A stretch of 64,000 nucleotides of DNA from the human T2T-CHM13v2.0 reference genome, Homo sapiens. This document shows, piece after piece, positions 29,480-41,600 of the stretch. Within the stretch, counting starts at the first letter, position 1. Every line of letters starts with the position of its first letter. The notes beneath the pieces are model-generated. The model saw only the letters and a program-made list of their open reading frames with translations, was not told the DNA's origin and searched no databases. The translations under genes were made by a program, and so were the position numbers. Location: the NCBI RefSeq assembly GCF_009914755.1, contig NC_060925.1, one strand, 5' to 3'.

Positions 29480-30420
29480 AAACTATTCAAATATTTATAG
29501 AACACCTCTTATGTGCCAGACCCAATACCAGGCACTAAAAATACAGTCATGAGCAAGATCACCCAACATACACAGAGTAACACAGAACCTACAGAGCTTT
29601 CAGTCTAGTGGGGAAAACAATGAAAAACAAGGAATGACAGAGGGTGGAGGAATGCCTGTGGGCAATGGGAGCAGAGAGCAGGAGTAACTGTTCCTGCCTG
29701 GAGGGCTTTCTGGTGCTATGATGGGGGATGAGTAAGGAATTAAGTGAACAGGTGAGAGGATATTCTAGAGAGAGCTCGTGAGACAGAACTAGATTGATTT
29801 GTTTAAGCAACTAAAAGGAATTCCATATCCAGTGTTACCCAGTGTGAGGAGATCTTGGGGGTGGGGCCGGGGAAGAAATAGCCAGCTGAGAGTTTTAAGC
29901 TGGGGAGTCATGTGATTAAATTTGCATTTTAGAAGGCTCTCCTCCCTTCTTCCTGAGGACAGACTGAAGAAACATCCAAGGTGGTCTTGAAGGACACTGG
30001 GATCCTGTAACACAGGTAAAAGATAAAGACTAATGTAATTTCTATGGGGTTGGAGAGAGGTGGTCTGGTTTGAGAAATATTTAGGCAAAAGCATAACTGA
30101 CAGGACTTGGTGGCTGATAATAGGTGGTGGTGTGGGAGAGAGAGTAGCTTAAGAGGACACCTGGTTTCTCATGAACGTGGCTGAAAGGCCAGTCAGGCCT
30201 TTCCTGGATGGTGGACATGGTGGGAGGAGCAGGCTTGAGTGTGGGGATGCCAAGTTAATCAAACTGAAGTTGGATATTGGATTTGAGGTGCCTGGGAGAG
30301 AGTGGAGCTCAAAGGAGAGATCATGGCATCTATATAGATTTGTGAATCTTTGGAACAGACAGATAGTAATTAGAGCCATCAGAATGGGTGAGATAATTAG
30401 GAAAATATGAGTTCAGCCAG
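29480..30420 (-). mobile_element. L2 element (fragmented) overlapping the distal CD53 first exon
   Basis: Antisense L2 motifs: ttcaaatatttatagaacacctcttatgtgccag, gagagttttaagctggggagtcatgtgattaaatttgcattttagaag, gagaaatatttagg..ctgacaggacttggtg, ggatttgaggtgcctg. Confidence 0.7.
29950..30015 (+). other. CD53: CD53 distal non-coding first exon (alternative 5' UTR); start approximate
   Basis: Ends at a good donor cacag|GTAAAA (30016). A matching acceptor (pyrimidine tract, ..aaatAG) lies at 31921. Agrees with my recollection of a longer CD53 transcript variant. Confidence 0.6.
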
Positions 30421-30568
30421 AAGCCTCTCCTCAGCCCCACCACTTCAGGGACCTGTAAGCATGGCAGCAGCTCTGAGTGAGGGTCAGTGATTCCAGCCGA
30501 GGTGCAGAGACTTTTTAATAGCATTCCCTAAAGTGTAGTTACACTGAAAAATTGTTCCCCAAGAGAAA

Positions 30569-30570
<2 letters not shown>

Positions 30571-30614
<44 letters not shown>
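30571..30614. repeat. (AC)22 microsatellite between the two CD53 first exons
   Basis: Perfect AC run. Confidence 0.98.
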
Positions 30615-30615
<1 letters not shown>

Positions 30616-31489
30616 ACACAGTTCCATGCTCAGATAAGTTTGGAGAAATCTATATATTATTTCCCCTGCTTAGAGAATATTAAGGACTGACAAGTTCTGC
30701 AGTAAAGACCTTTTTACCTTCATTTAATTCAGTTTTCCCCACAAGACAGCCCTGGCTGGAGATTACTCTGGATCTGAATGTCTCAGGGTGAAGGAAGCGG
30801 GAGACAGCTAGCTTTCCCAGAGGCATGCCCGCAAGTCAGCACCGCAGAGTGCATCTATCTGTTCATTTATAAGATGAAAACATTGGGGCCCAGTGATTGC
30901 TTCCAAGTTTCATAGTTAGCTAGTGATACATTTGGGTTGTCACATACTCCTTTGACCCAATCTAAGAAAATTCCAGTGATGCAGCATAGTGAAACCAGAA
31001 ACACATTTTTCAAAATATATTGATCACAGTGTTTCTCAAAAGGCCTTCTCTGTGACCTTGAATTTTAATCCTACCTCTGACATGTCTTAGTTGTATGAGC
31101 TTGGGCAAATTTTCTAACCTCTTTGAGCGCCTGTTTTCTTGTATATAAATAAGGATGTAACAGTAACCAGTAGGATTATTATTAGGTGTTACCATTAATA
31201 AACTGAGGCTGACAGATTGAGACTTGCTCAAGATCTCACAGCTAAAAGAGATAAAGCTGGAACTGAAACTCAGATCTTTGGCTCCAAATGTGGTGTTTCC
31301 TGTACTAACCAAATCATTTCTACCAGTGCCCCTGGGATTATGCCTTGGGGACTCACCTTAAGACAGTCTTGCTCTCGAGACAGAGAAGTCTGCAAATGGT
31401 GTCCAATTCAAGTCTAGAGACTGGCTGAAGCCAGACAGAGGGAGTATGAGGAGGGGGCAGAGAATCTTCAGAAAGACATTCCAAAGTCT

Positions 31490-31640
31490 CGGGCCTAGAA
31501 AATGTTTAGAAATATTGGTTCCTGTGTTCCCCTCCAGTCTGTCTACCTGAATGGGAAACTGGTGGTGGGGCCAGGCATACTTCTTTTTGAACAAATACAC
31601 AGTTAATTCTGAGATGCCACCTTGATTGAGAAGCACTGTC
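31490..31640. mobile_element. MER5-like hAT DNA transposon relic
   Basis: ctacctgaat...tggggccaggcatac...tttttgaacaa...attctgagatgc...ttgagaagcactg. Confidence 0.45.
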
Positions 31641-31759
31641 CTTTTCTAAGCAAAAATCATTGCCAAATTACCCTAGAATCCACCACTGCTCACAGATCTG
31701 TGCCTGAACCAACTTGGTTTTGAAGTTTTCTTTTGTTTCACAAAACTAGTTTAGGGTGG

Positions 31760-31870
31760 GCTGTGAGAGGAAGCTTCTAAAAAGCCACTGGGAAAGTACT
31801 AAATCTCTGAGACTAAAGAGGGCGGACTCAGCCTCACTTCCTCCTTCTTCTCATCTGGGCTTCCTGTCGT
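31760..31870 (+). promoter_or_regulatory. CD53: CD53 proximal TATA-less promoter with Sp1 and ETS/PU.1 sites
   Basis: GGGCGG at 31820-31825, CACTTCCTC (PU.1-type) at 31835-31843, further GGAA/TTCC cores at ~31769 and 31861, directly upstream of the non-coding exon. Confidence 0.7.
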
Positions 31871-32014
31871 CACAGCATGATCATATTTTTTCACCCTTCA
31901 CTTCTCCTTTTACACAAATAGCCCCGGATATCTGTGTTACCAGCCTTGTCTCGGCCACCTCAAGGATAATCACTAAATTCTGCCGAAAGGACTGAGGAAC
32001 GGTGCCTGGAAAAG
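31870..32014 (+). other. CD53: CD53 non-coding exon (first exon of proximal transcript; 31922-32014 shared with the distal transcript)
   Basis: ...aggactgaggaacggtgcctggaaaag|GTAAGG donor at 32015 joins to ggcaagaatatcacggcATG (50192), as in recalled CD53 mRNA. Start approximate. Confidence 0.85.
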
Positions 32015-35000
32015 GTAAGGTTGATGACGTTTTAACTTGGCTTGCTGTCTAATGTGGGGTAGGGCGTATTCTTAGGGGTCTCCATATACCTCTCTAGTAA
32101 CCATAAAATCTCCGGCAACTTCTCTTTCACAAATATTTAGTGCACAAAGTAAAACAGATTAGCAAGATCCTAGTAACATCCCCAAAGGCAATCAGGCCAG
32201 AAATACTTTTACTTAATCAGGTTCCCATTATCTAAATCTCTGAGTCGAGGCATTCACATGCCTTAATTGCTTCAGAGCTTGAATTACTCTGTGTAGTAAT
32301 TCCTGATGCCTGGAGCTTTCTATGCGAGATGACATTGGGGAGATTTCCTATGTGCTCTGGTCTTCAGAAAATTGGTCTTGTGATTTTAAAGTGAGGAAAG
32401 AACCCACAGCCAGAGCTGTCTTTAGAAAGACAGCTAGAAGACACAGTTCTTTTTCATTTGAGAAAATTTCAAAAGTAAATTTAGTGACTCCCACTGTGGT
32501 TCTTCAAAGCCACTAAATAGAAAGGTGGCTAAAAATCAAAACACCAGGATGTGCTCAGTAACTGTATTTTAAAAGGTGAAAGCTAGACATCTCTAAAGGA
32601 TGCATAGATTGTTGGCTTTTAAGGAGCAGGAAGCACATTGGGATCCTCAGCATTTCCCCAAATTATCCTTGGTGTACAAAACATGACCACTGATAAATGT
32701 CACATGAAATGCACGTATAAAATGCAATCCCCAAAACTTGATACTGCAGTAATTTCCAATCATGTGCTGTAACTAATGACTGAGGTTGCATGGACTCAGC
32801 AAAGTGTTAGCAGAGCTTCGGTCCTGACTCTCTGTGACCACCATCGGAAACTCTATGTAAGAGCTTTCTTCTTCCAAGACCTGTGAGAATTTCACTTGAT
32901 TATGCCCTGGAGCAGAAAGGAGAAAGTTCTCTTTGATTACACCCACCCATCTAAGTATGAGGATTGGGAACAGGGCAGAGGGCTCTAGATTTCCAAGAGG
33001 GGTGGGGACGGGGAGAGGGCTCTGGATTCCCAAAACACCTCAGAGTTTATTGAGCCTTGTATTAAAAAATAAAAAGCAGTCTTTTAAATAAATTCACTTA
33101 ATAATCAAGTGGTAGGTGCCTCCTGAGGCCAGGCACTGTGCTTTGGGAATTGTGGGGGAGGGAGATGAAAAGGTAGAAGGAGAATATTTGTCTAGCAAAC
33201 AGTCCTACTCTTAAGGAACTCCCATGGGAGATAAGAGATATCATACTATGCGTGTGCTTTGGAAGAAAGCTGAGAAAAAGCAAACTCCCAGCTGCTGGAC
33301 AAACAAAGAGGTTTTGCTTTCTCAATCTTGAGGAGAATCTGTACTATTTTGAAATTGTGGTTGAATGGGAGCAAAGACTGAACTGAAACATTATTTCCTG
33401 TGATGTTTCCTGTGTGGGCCAGTTAAGAACACTTAATTTTTAAATGAAAGGATTGGGTACCTTTATATTCATGAGGAATGATTCCAAGTTCATGCCTTCA
33501 CAGCTATGGTTACCACCACCTAAGTGACCTCACCTTTGTTCACTGACAAGAGGCACAAACTGGAAAGGACAAAGTCTGTTGGTCCTTGTTTTTTTGTGCC
33601 CTCTGATTGACCTCTGACTGCACAGAGGCCCTCGGACTCTGGTTCTCCTTTCCCACTCCTACCCCATGGCCAGATATGGCACTTGGTGCTGGAGATACAG
33701 GATAACAGAAAAGATTATCATCTGAAAGGAGTTGTAGAGTTTATTATGGATGACAGTCACAGCAATATACAAATACAGTGCAATGTGCTCTTTTCTATAA
33801 TAGATGGAGAACGTGCACAAACTGTAGGAGTTAGGAGTGTGCCAAAAACTGCCTAGAGAGGTGACTGGTGGGTTCACTTTCACAGAAGTATGGGTTTGCT
33901 ATGGAGACATTCTAGACCAAGGGTGCTGTATATTCAAATTCAAAGAAGTGTGTACCTCCAGGCATGTTAGAAATGAGAGAAAGCAAGTGAGACTGCAGTG
34001 TAACACACCATGTTTACAGAGCCACATGAAGTGGAAAGCCCTTTCTCCTACTTGGCACCAGAAAGTGGAGGGCAAGATCGCTCACCAGGCAGGTCCTAGG
34101 TCCAGCTCTGGGTGGGGCTATGCCCACCATGTTCACACGACAGAATTGATGGGATGTGGGTTTGAAATGAGGGAGAAGAGGCAGGTTTTTGCCTCCTCAA
34201 CCTAGATTTTCACTTAGAGCAGAAGGAAGGGTGGAGCTTCTTGTGAGGTTACAGCCATTGTTTTCAGCTTAGCTTCTGTTCCAGGAAGTACTGCATTGAT
34301 TCAGTTATAGTGGTTTGTTCTGCGTCCCTAGATTAGTCAGCCTAGGGCACTTCTTGTACCGAGCAAGCATCCACTGTGTGTAGATCACCCTGGGCCCTAG
34401 AGACTGGGCACCTGTCCTCAGGAAGCTCCTAGGACCCATCTGCCACTGCAGGTGCAGGGCACTGAAGCAAAGTAACCCAGAGAAAACAGACAGCTATGCA
34501 GAGCAGGACTCCAGCATGGCTGCTGGGGCAGAGGAGGGAAGGATTGAGCTGGAGGTTGGGTGGTCAGTTTGAGAAGGCTGTCTGGAGGTAGGTTTTGGGA
34601 AAGAGAAAGACATGCATTTGCAAAGCCAGTGGATGACCACTCAGAGTAAAGGCCAGGAATCTCTATGCTGAGAGTTAGAGGTGAGTGCTCTCTCTTCATT
34701 ATCCATTTCATAAGCACACAGCAGAATTTCTACCCAAGCAATAGCATCAATATGTCATAGCTCTGACCAAGAATTATTGTAAAAGAAAATATGACACAAG
34801 CATACATTTTTATAATCATTTAAAATGAGAGTGCTATATTCCAAGAATTAGAATATTGGTACTTCAAGCGAAGTTAGAGATTATTTAGATTCAAATAAAG
34901 TATCTTAACTCACAATGAGAGCCAATAAATAGGAGCTGTCGCAACTGTCCAATCTGCTTACTTTTCAGGTAAAATGACTTGTCCAAAAATCATAAAATTA

Positions 35001-35524
35001 CTTAATAGTTATTCAGAATGTCTTCTGATTCTCTATGGCATGCTCTTTCTTCTACATTATACTATAGTCCCTTTTCTAAGAGATTTTTTATTAAGTAAGC
35101 ATCATTAGACTGTATTCTTCATTTACATAAATTCCTAGTGCATTTTAACATAAGCAAACATAAAAATACCACTTAATTGTAAATGTAATTGATCTTAAGC
35201 TACTATGCTAGCAAACTAAATACTTAACATATATTTTATTTTCCAAACCTTTTTGTTTGGCCTTTTCTATTTCAGGAGAACTAGATTGAGGAATAGGGGT
35301 AAGAAATGATTTTAATGCCTCATATCTTTTAAAACTTGTTAAAGTTTACTTGTTAAAGTAAATTTGAACTTATGGCTTACCTTATATCAGGAGCAAATAA
35401 AGGCATTCAAGAATTATTCCATAGTTTAGTCTTCTTAAAATAACTATTGTAGAATCTCAGTATTTATAACATAGAAGACAAATTGTAATGATTTTGAGAT
35501 GAGAATCCCTTAGATCATTTATTT

Positions 35525-36085
35525 ATTTCCCATCTCTTTAAAAAAATGACAAAATTCAGACTGATAAAAAGGTTGAAAAAATATTATGAAAAATTTCTAA
35601 ATCCTTTTCACCCAGATTTCCAAAATATTAACATTTTACTTCATTTGTTTATTCTCTGGCTCTCTCATTTGACAGTAATTAGTAATTTGATTGATGCCCT
35701 TTCCCCTAAGAATGTTAGTGTATATTTCTACAAACAAATGCATTCTCTTATATAACTACTTTACAATGATCAAAACCAGGAAATTAACACTTATGCAATA
35801 TAATTAACAATCTATGTACTTTATTCAGATTCCACCAATTACCTCTTTAATATTCTTTATAGCAAAAGGAAATTTCTAGTCACGCATTGCCTTCAACTGT
35901 CACTTTTGTCTCCTTTAGTCTGGAACACTTCCTGAATTTTTCTTGCCATTGATATTCTTGAAGAGTAAGGTCAGTTCTTTTTTAGAATGTTTCTCCATTT
36001 GGGTTTATCTGATGTTTCCTCATGATTAGATTCAGGTTATTTAAATTTTTGATAGGAATACCAACAAAGTGGCTTTTCTTATCCC
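35525..36085 (-). mobile_element. L1MC-type 3' fragment in CD53 intron
   Basis: ttcacccagatttccaaaatattaacattttac..., gcattctcttatataact..atcaaaaccaggaaattaacac, gggtttatctgatgtttcctcatgattagattcagg. Confidence 0.7.
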
Positions 36086-37336
36086 ACAAAGAGTCTTGCT
36101 TAATCTGAGCATAGCCAGCCTGCAGACACCATGGACAGGCCTCTAGCCGAGGGACCCCGTATGTAAAGTTCTGCATATTTCTACCTAGGAGGACGGAGAA
36201 CCTCTGGTCTCTTGACTCTGTAACAGTGCTAACTGTTTTAGGTAACTGTTCCTGATTTACGAAGTAAGCTTATTAGAAGAGTCCCTGTCCCACCTCAGCT
36301 GTTATTAGTATCTTGCTAAGCTCCCACATGGGAGGAAGTGAGCTTCCAAGATCATCTGGATTTGTCTTTCTTCACTTTTTCTCTCCTCTTTTCTTCTTCC
36401 TTATTTCTCTCTTCTTCTATAAATCGCCAAATCCTCTCCCCTAACAGCGACCTAGAAGAAACAAAATTTTTATCAGATTACAATTTTAGGAAGGAATAAG
36501 ATAACAGATATTCCTTGATTAGTTGATGGAGAGATGAGTGGACACGAATACATGAGAGTTGATGCTTTGGCTTCGTTTTATTTTACTCCTACTTCTTCCT
36601 CTACAACTGCTTATTACTCTTCAAAAGGACGTACAGCGATAACTTTGATTGCACCTCAGCCACTGCTCACAGGAGTTCAAACGAGCTGATGAAAAATGGA
36701 AGGTCTTCTCCTGGATGCTCAACACATTGCACCAAATGAGTTGGGAAGTAATAGGCACAAAACCAGAGCCTGGGACGGTGGAAAGAGCATGGGCTTTGGA
36801 GGCTGAAAGAACTTGGCCTTCACCCTGCCTTTGATGATTCTTAGCTGGGTGACCTTGTGCCAGTCCTCGGCTTCTCTATTTGCAGAATGGGGCTAATGAC
36901 ACCTAAGTTGTCAGGCCGATTTGAGGATTATAAATAAGACATTTATGAGGAACTTAGTTATTTTGTGGGATTCAGTGAACTATCTATTATGTATCTCAGT
37001 TTGTTTGAGCAAGGCCTACATTTGGGAGCCCTCACTGGGGCAGATTTTCGCTCCTATTTAGAAAAACTTTTTCTTAATCACAGCCTCAATTGTCTTTGCT
37101 AAGGAACAAAGACTGCCACAGGCTCTGTGTAGGAAGGGATAGGGAGCCGTAATTACCTTGCGAATGCTCTTGTATGTAAATTGACAATCTGTATATAGAG
37201 AAATGTATATGGAGAAGTGTCTGGAAAGACGTTTGCCAAAATGCTAATGATGGTTATCTCTGGGAGGTGGGATTTCAGAAGATTTTATGCTTTCTTCTTT
37301 ATACTTTTCTTTATTTTTTAAATGTAGAATTTTTTT

Positions 37337-37760
37337 TTAAAGAAAGCATGCTTACATTTGCTTTCTATTGCTGGATTTTTCAACTTTTTCTAATAGGTTT
37401 GAATGGAGTAAGAAATGTGTTCTAATAATATATATTCTCAATCTTAGCTTACAAAGGTGTTTCTCTACCAAACACTTCCATTCACTGAAAGAAAACAATT
37501 TATGCATCTTAAAGAAACTGTGCTTACATTTGCCTTTTATTGCTGGGATTTTCCAACATGTCTTAACAGAGTTCAGTGGAGAAAGAAATGTGTTCTAATA
37601 ACGTATTCTCAATCTTAGCATACAAAGGTGTTTTTCTATTAAACGCTTTTCTTCACTGAAAGGAAGTCTTACAGAAACTGTACTTGCATTTATTTATTTA
37701 TCTTTTATTACTGAAATTTAACATTTTCAATTTGTTCTAATAGGTACAAATGGAAAAAAA
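37337..37760. repeat. Diverged ~160-172 bp tandem repeat, about 2.5 copies
   Basis: Unit starts tt(a/c)a.agaaa..tgcttacattt at 37337, 37509 and 37669. Shared blocks agaaatgtgttctaataa, attctcaatcttagc.tacaaaggtgttt and ttcactgaaag. Confidence 0.85.
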
Positions 37761-38487
37761 ACATGTGCTTTTCTTTATTGTTTGATTTGTTTTTGTTTTT
37801 TTATTTTTTTTACAAATGGCACACGAAACCTCTTTTTAAAACGTATGAAACAAGCAAGGGATTATTCTTGCCCCGTGTATGTTTTATTCCTAAAAATCTG
37901 TTAGAAGCTAAGGGTTACCCTTAGGAATGGACTGGTAGGTAAGGTCTGAACTTGATCTTTCAGTGAGTTTTCACTGAATAAGGCAGATACACAGGGACTG
38001 AGCCATCCTGGAAATAGTATCTCATTTAGCCCTCAGAACAACCTCTGAGGTAAGTATTAATAACCCTATTTCAAAGATATAGTGAAAGACAGGTTAAGCA
38101 AGTTGCCCAAGGTCACACTTCTGATAAGTAGCACTAACAGAATTCAAAACTAGACCTGTCTGATTCCAAAGCTAGTGTTTATCAAACTGTGTTCCACAGA
38201 ATACTATGTTATTTGACCTGTTAATAAGTGATCTGCAACATAAAACTAGGTTTGTAGTTATATAAACATATTTTTGTCTTAGAGACTCACAGTGCACATT
38301 AGCATATAACAGGTTTTTCTCTTACACTGTTTTTTTTTCTTTATCTTGGCTTTTGTTTGAGGAGCACTTACTAATATCTCATAAGCGTAATGGTCTATGT
38401 AGCACCAAAGCTGTCTTATGTGGCTCCAGCCTAGCTTGTAATATTGGATCAGATAAGGCTGAAGATGAAGAACTGATAGAGGTTCTT

Positions 38488-38633
38488 TTTTTTTTAACTT
38501 AAAAAAATTTTAAAATAGAGACAGGGTCTCTCTATGTTGTTCAGGCTGGTCTTAAACTCCTAGGCTCAAGGGCTTCTCCCACCTCAGCTTCCCAAATGGC
38601 TGGGATTACAGGTGTGAGCCACCATGGCGAGCC
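38488..38633 (-). mobile_element. Alu monomer (FLAM-like)
   Basis: Single left-arm Alu. TSD tgat(a/c)gaggttctt at 38474-38487 and 38634-38647. Confidence 0.88.
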
Positions 38634-41600
38634 TGATCGAGGTTCTTGAAGCCTCTATCCAACCTTAACCACTTCTAAGCTTGATTAAATTCAAGAGTAG
38701 ATTACATGGTGCTGTTAGTACAGGTCAAAAAAAAGACAGGGATGGAATTAGAAATCCACAGGTTCTACCAGCTCAAGCCCATTGGAGGAAACTAAAGAGC
38801 AAAGTTGATCCCTAACCTCTATGTTGAGTTGTGGAAGGTAGCCACAGTTAAGTGCAGTTTGGTCACGCAGGTTTCCTGGAAACTGATATTGGTGGCTTTT
38901 TGCATAGAACCATGAGTCATGCATCTAAGAGTCATAGACTTTGACTGTGGGAGGGGTGTCAGTTCCTCTAGATGGTAGTTGGAAGGGGTGGGAGGCTTAA
39001 TCACTGCCCAGTAACAGTGAAAAGGGGAAGGGGAAACGGAGCAGCATTCTCTCTGGGGCCCTTATGGCATGTGGCAAAAGTAGTGACAATCTTCACCAGG
39101 TGAGAAGATTTTCTTACTCAATTTAGTATGAGTCTGGAGAGGTAGAAAGTGGGAGAGGAAGGAAGAAGAGGTTCTTCTTCCTGTCTGTGAAGGAAAGAAT
39201 CAGTAGGAATGTCCCTAAGTTTGTGGGCACCTAGCCAGCTGGTGTTCTGTGGACAATCAGGTTACACGGGCCTGAACTAATTGTCACAGGATACCAGGAT
39301 GTTGGGGCTGATGTGACTCTAGGAGGCATCTGGCTCAATTCCTTTCTGTTACTGATGGGTGAGTTAGTTATTTTCCTATGTCCAAAACATCAGTTTATTA
39401 GCAGACTGAAAATTCAAGCCCAAGGCTCCTGTCTCTGCAGTGTCATGTTCATTCCACTACATCAGATAATTCTGAGGTAATGAGGCTTTGAGAATTCAAA
39501 GATGAATAGCATAGATCCTACCCTCAAGGAGCTCACATTCTAGTGAGGGAATAGTCACTTATAAAACAAAATGGTTAGTACAATGGCAGAGGTACACAGG
39601 TATTACAGATACTCCTTAGGGCAAGTGAGGGTTGGGTGTGAAGACTTAGACACAAACAGAGAGGACTTCCTGGAAAAGTGACACATCATTAGGATGATGA
39701 GTAACTAACCAGAATAAGAGGCCAGAAAGAAAAGAGAAAATTTCAGCAAAGAAACACATTACCAAAGTAAGGAAGGAAGCATTAAGACAAGGATTCAATA
39801 TTGCTTTGCTAAATTTTAAAGTATAATACAGGGGGTGTTGCCATGAGTGTGGAGTGATGGACAGGAGCAAATTAGGAGGGGCCTTTGACGTAAGTGTACA
39901 TGCATAAATCCATCACCACAGTCAAAACACTGAGCGTATGCATCACTCACCACAGATTGTTGTGGCCTTCTGTAATCCCTTTCTCTCACCCTTCCCTGCT
40001 CCCTCTCTACTCACCTCCTGCCCTCCCCCACCTTCATCCTCAGACAGTCATTGATCTGCTTTCTGTTGCTATAGATTAGTTTTCATTTTCTAAAATGTTA
40101 TATAACTGGAATCATACAGAATGTACTCTTTTTTATTTAACCTCTTTCACTCACCATGATTATTTTTACATTCACCTGTGCTGTAGAGGGTAACAACAGT
40201 TCATTCTTTTTAATTGCTAAGTAGTTTCCATTGTAAAATTATACCACTATTTATTTATACATTCACTTGTTTATGGACATTTGGGTTGCTTCCAGTTTGG
40301 GCTATTACAAATAATACTACAAAACTATGAACCTTCCTGTACTAGTCCTAGTATGGACATATGCTTTCATTTCTCTTGGGTAAATACCTAGGAGTAGAAT
40401 GGCTGGATCATATGATAAGTATATGTTTAACTTTGTACAAAACGAGCAAACTGCTTTTGAACATGGTTATACCATTTTACATTCCCACCAACAGTGTATA
40501 AGAGTTCCAGTTTCACTACATCCTCACCAACACTTGGTGTGGTCAGGTTTTGAAAACATTTTAGCCATTCTAGGAGATGTGGAGTGGTATCTTACCATGG
40601 TTTTAATTTGCATTTCCTTAATGAGTAATGAAGTAGAGAATTTTTTTCATGTCCTTATTTGCCATCCATATAGTATCTTCTTTGGTGAATTGTCTGTTCT
40701 GATCTTTTGCCCATTTTAAAAATTGGATTGTTTATTTTCTTACCATTGAGCTTCAAGAGTTGTTTTTATACTCTGGATACATGCCTTTTATCTCCTGTGT
40801 GATTTGGAAATATTTTGTCCCTTCTGTGCCTTGTCTTTTCATTCTCTTAACAGTGTCTTTTGAAGAGCAGAAGTTTTTAATTTTGAAGAAGTCCAATTTA
40901 TCAACTTATTGTGCTTTTGGTGTCTTATCTGAGAACTCTTTGCATAACCAAGGTTGCAAATATTTCCTTCTGGAGAATTATAGTTTTGGATTTTACCTTT
41001 AGATCTATGATTCATCACTAGTTACGATTTCGTATGGAGAGAGGTATAAATGCAAGTTCATTTTTGCATATTAATAGACAATTGTTCCAGCACCATTTGT
41101 TGAAAAAAGTATTCTTCATTCTGTAATATATTAATTTTGTATTTTTTTTGAAAATCAGTTGTCCATATGCATATGGACTCTATTCTGTTCTCTTGATATA
41201 TTTATTTAACACCAGTGCTATCCTGTCTTTATTGTTGTAGTTTTATAGAAAGCAATATAATTAGGTAGTGTTTGTACTCCAATTTTGTTCTTTATCAAAC
41301 TCATTTTTACTATTCTAAGTCTTTTGCATTCCCAAATGAATTTTAGAATTAATTTCTTGAAGCCTACAAAAAATTCTGCTGTAATATTGATGGGGATTAC
41401 AATCTATAGATAAATTTGGAAGAATTGACATCTTAAAAATATTGAATTCCTGGTAGATGGACGTGGTATATCTCTCCATTATTTGCATCTTTTCAATTTC
41501 TTTCAGCAATGTTTGTTTTTAAGTTTTCAGTGTACAATTCTTTCACAACTTTTGTCAGATTTATGCCTAAGTATTTCATATATGATGCTATTGTAAATGA

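Noticed and set aside
37337-37760. Alpha satellite (because of the ~171-bp period)
   Set aside because: No alphoid sequence motifs or CENP-B box recognised; only ~2.5 unequal units.
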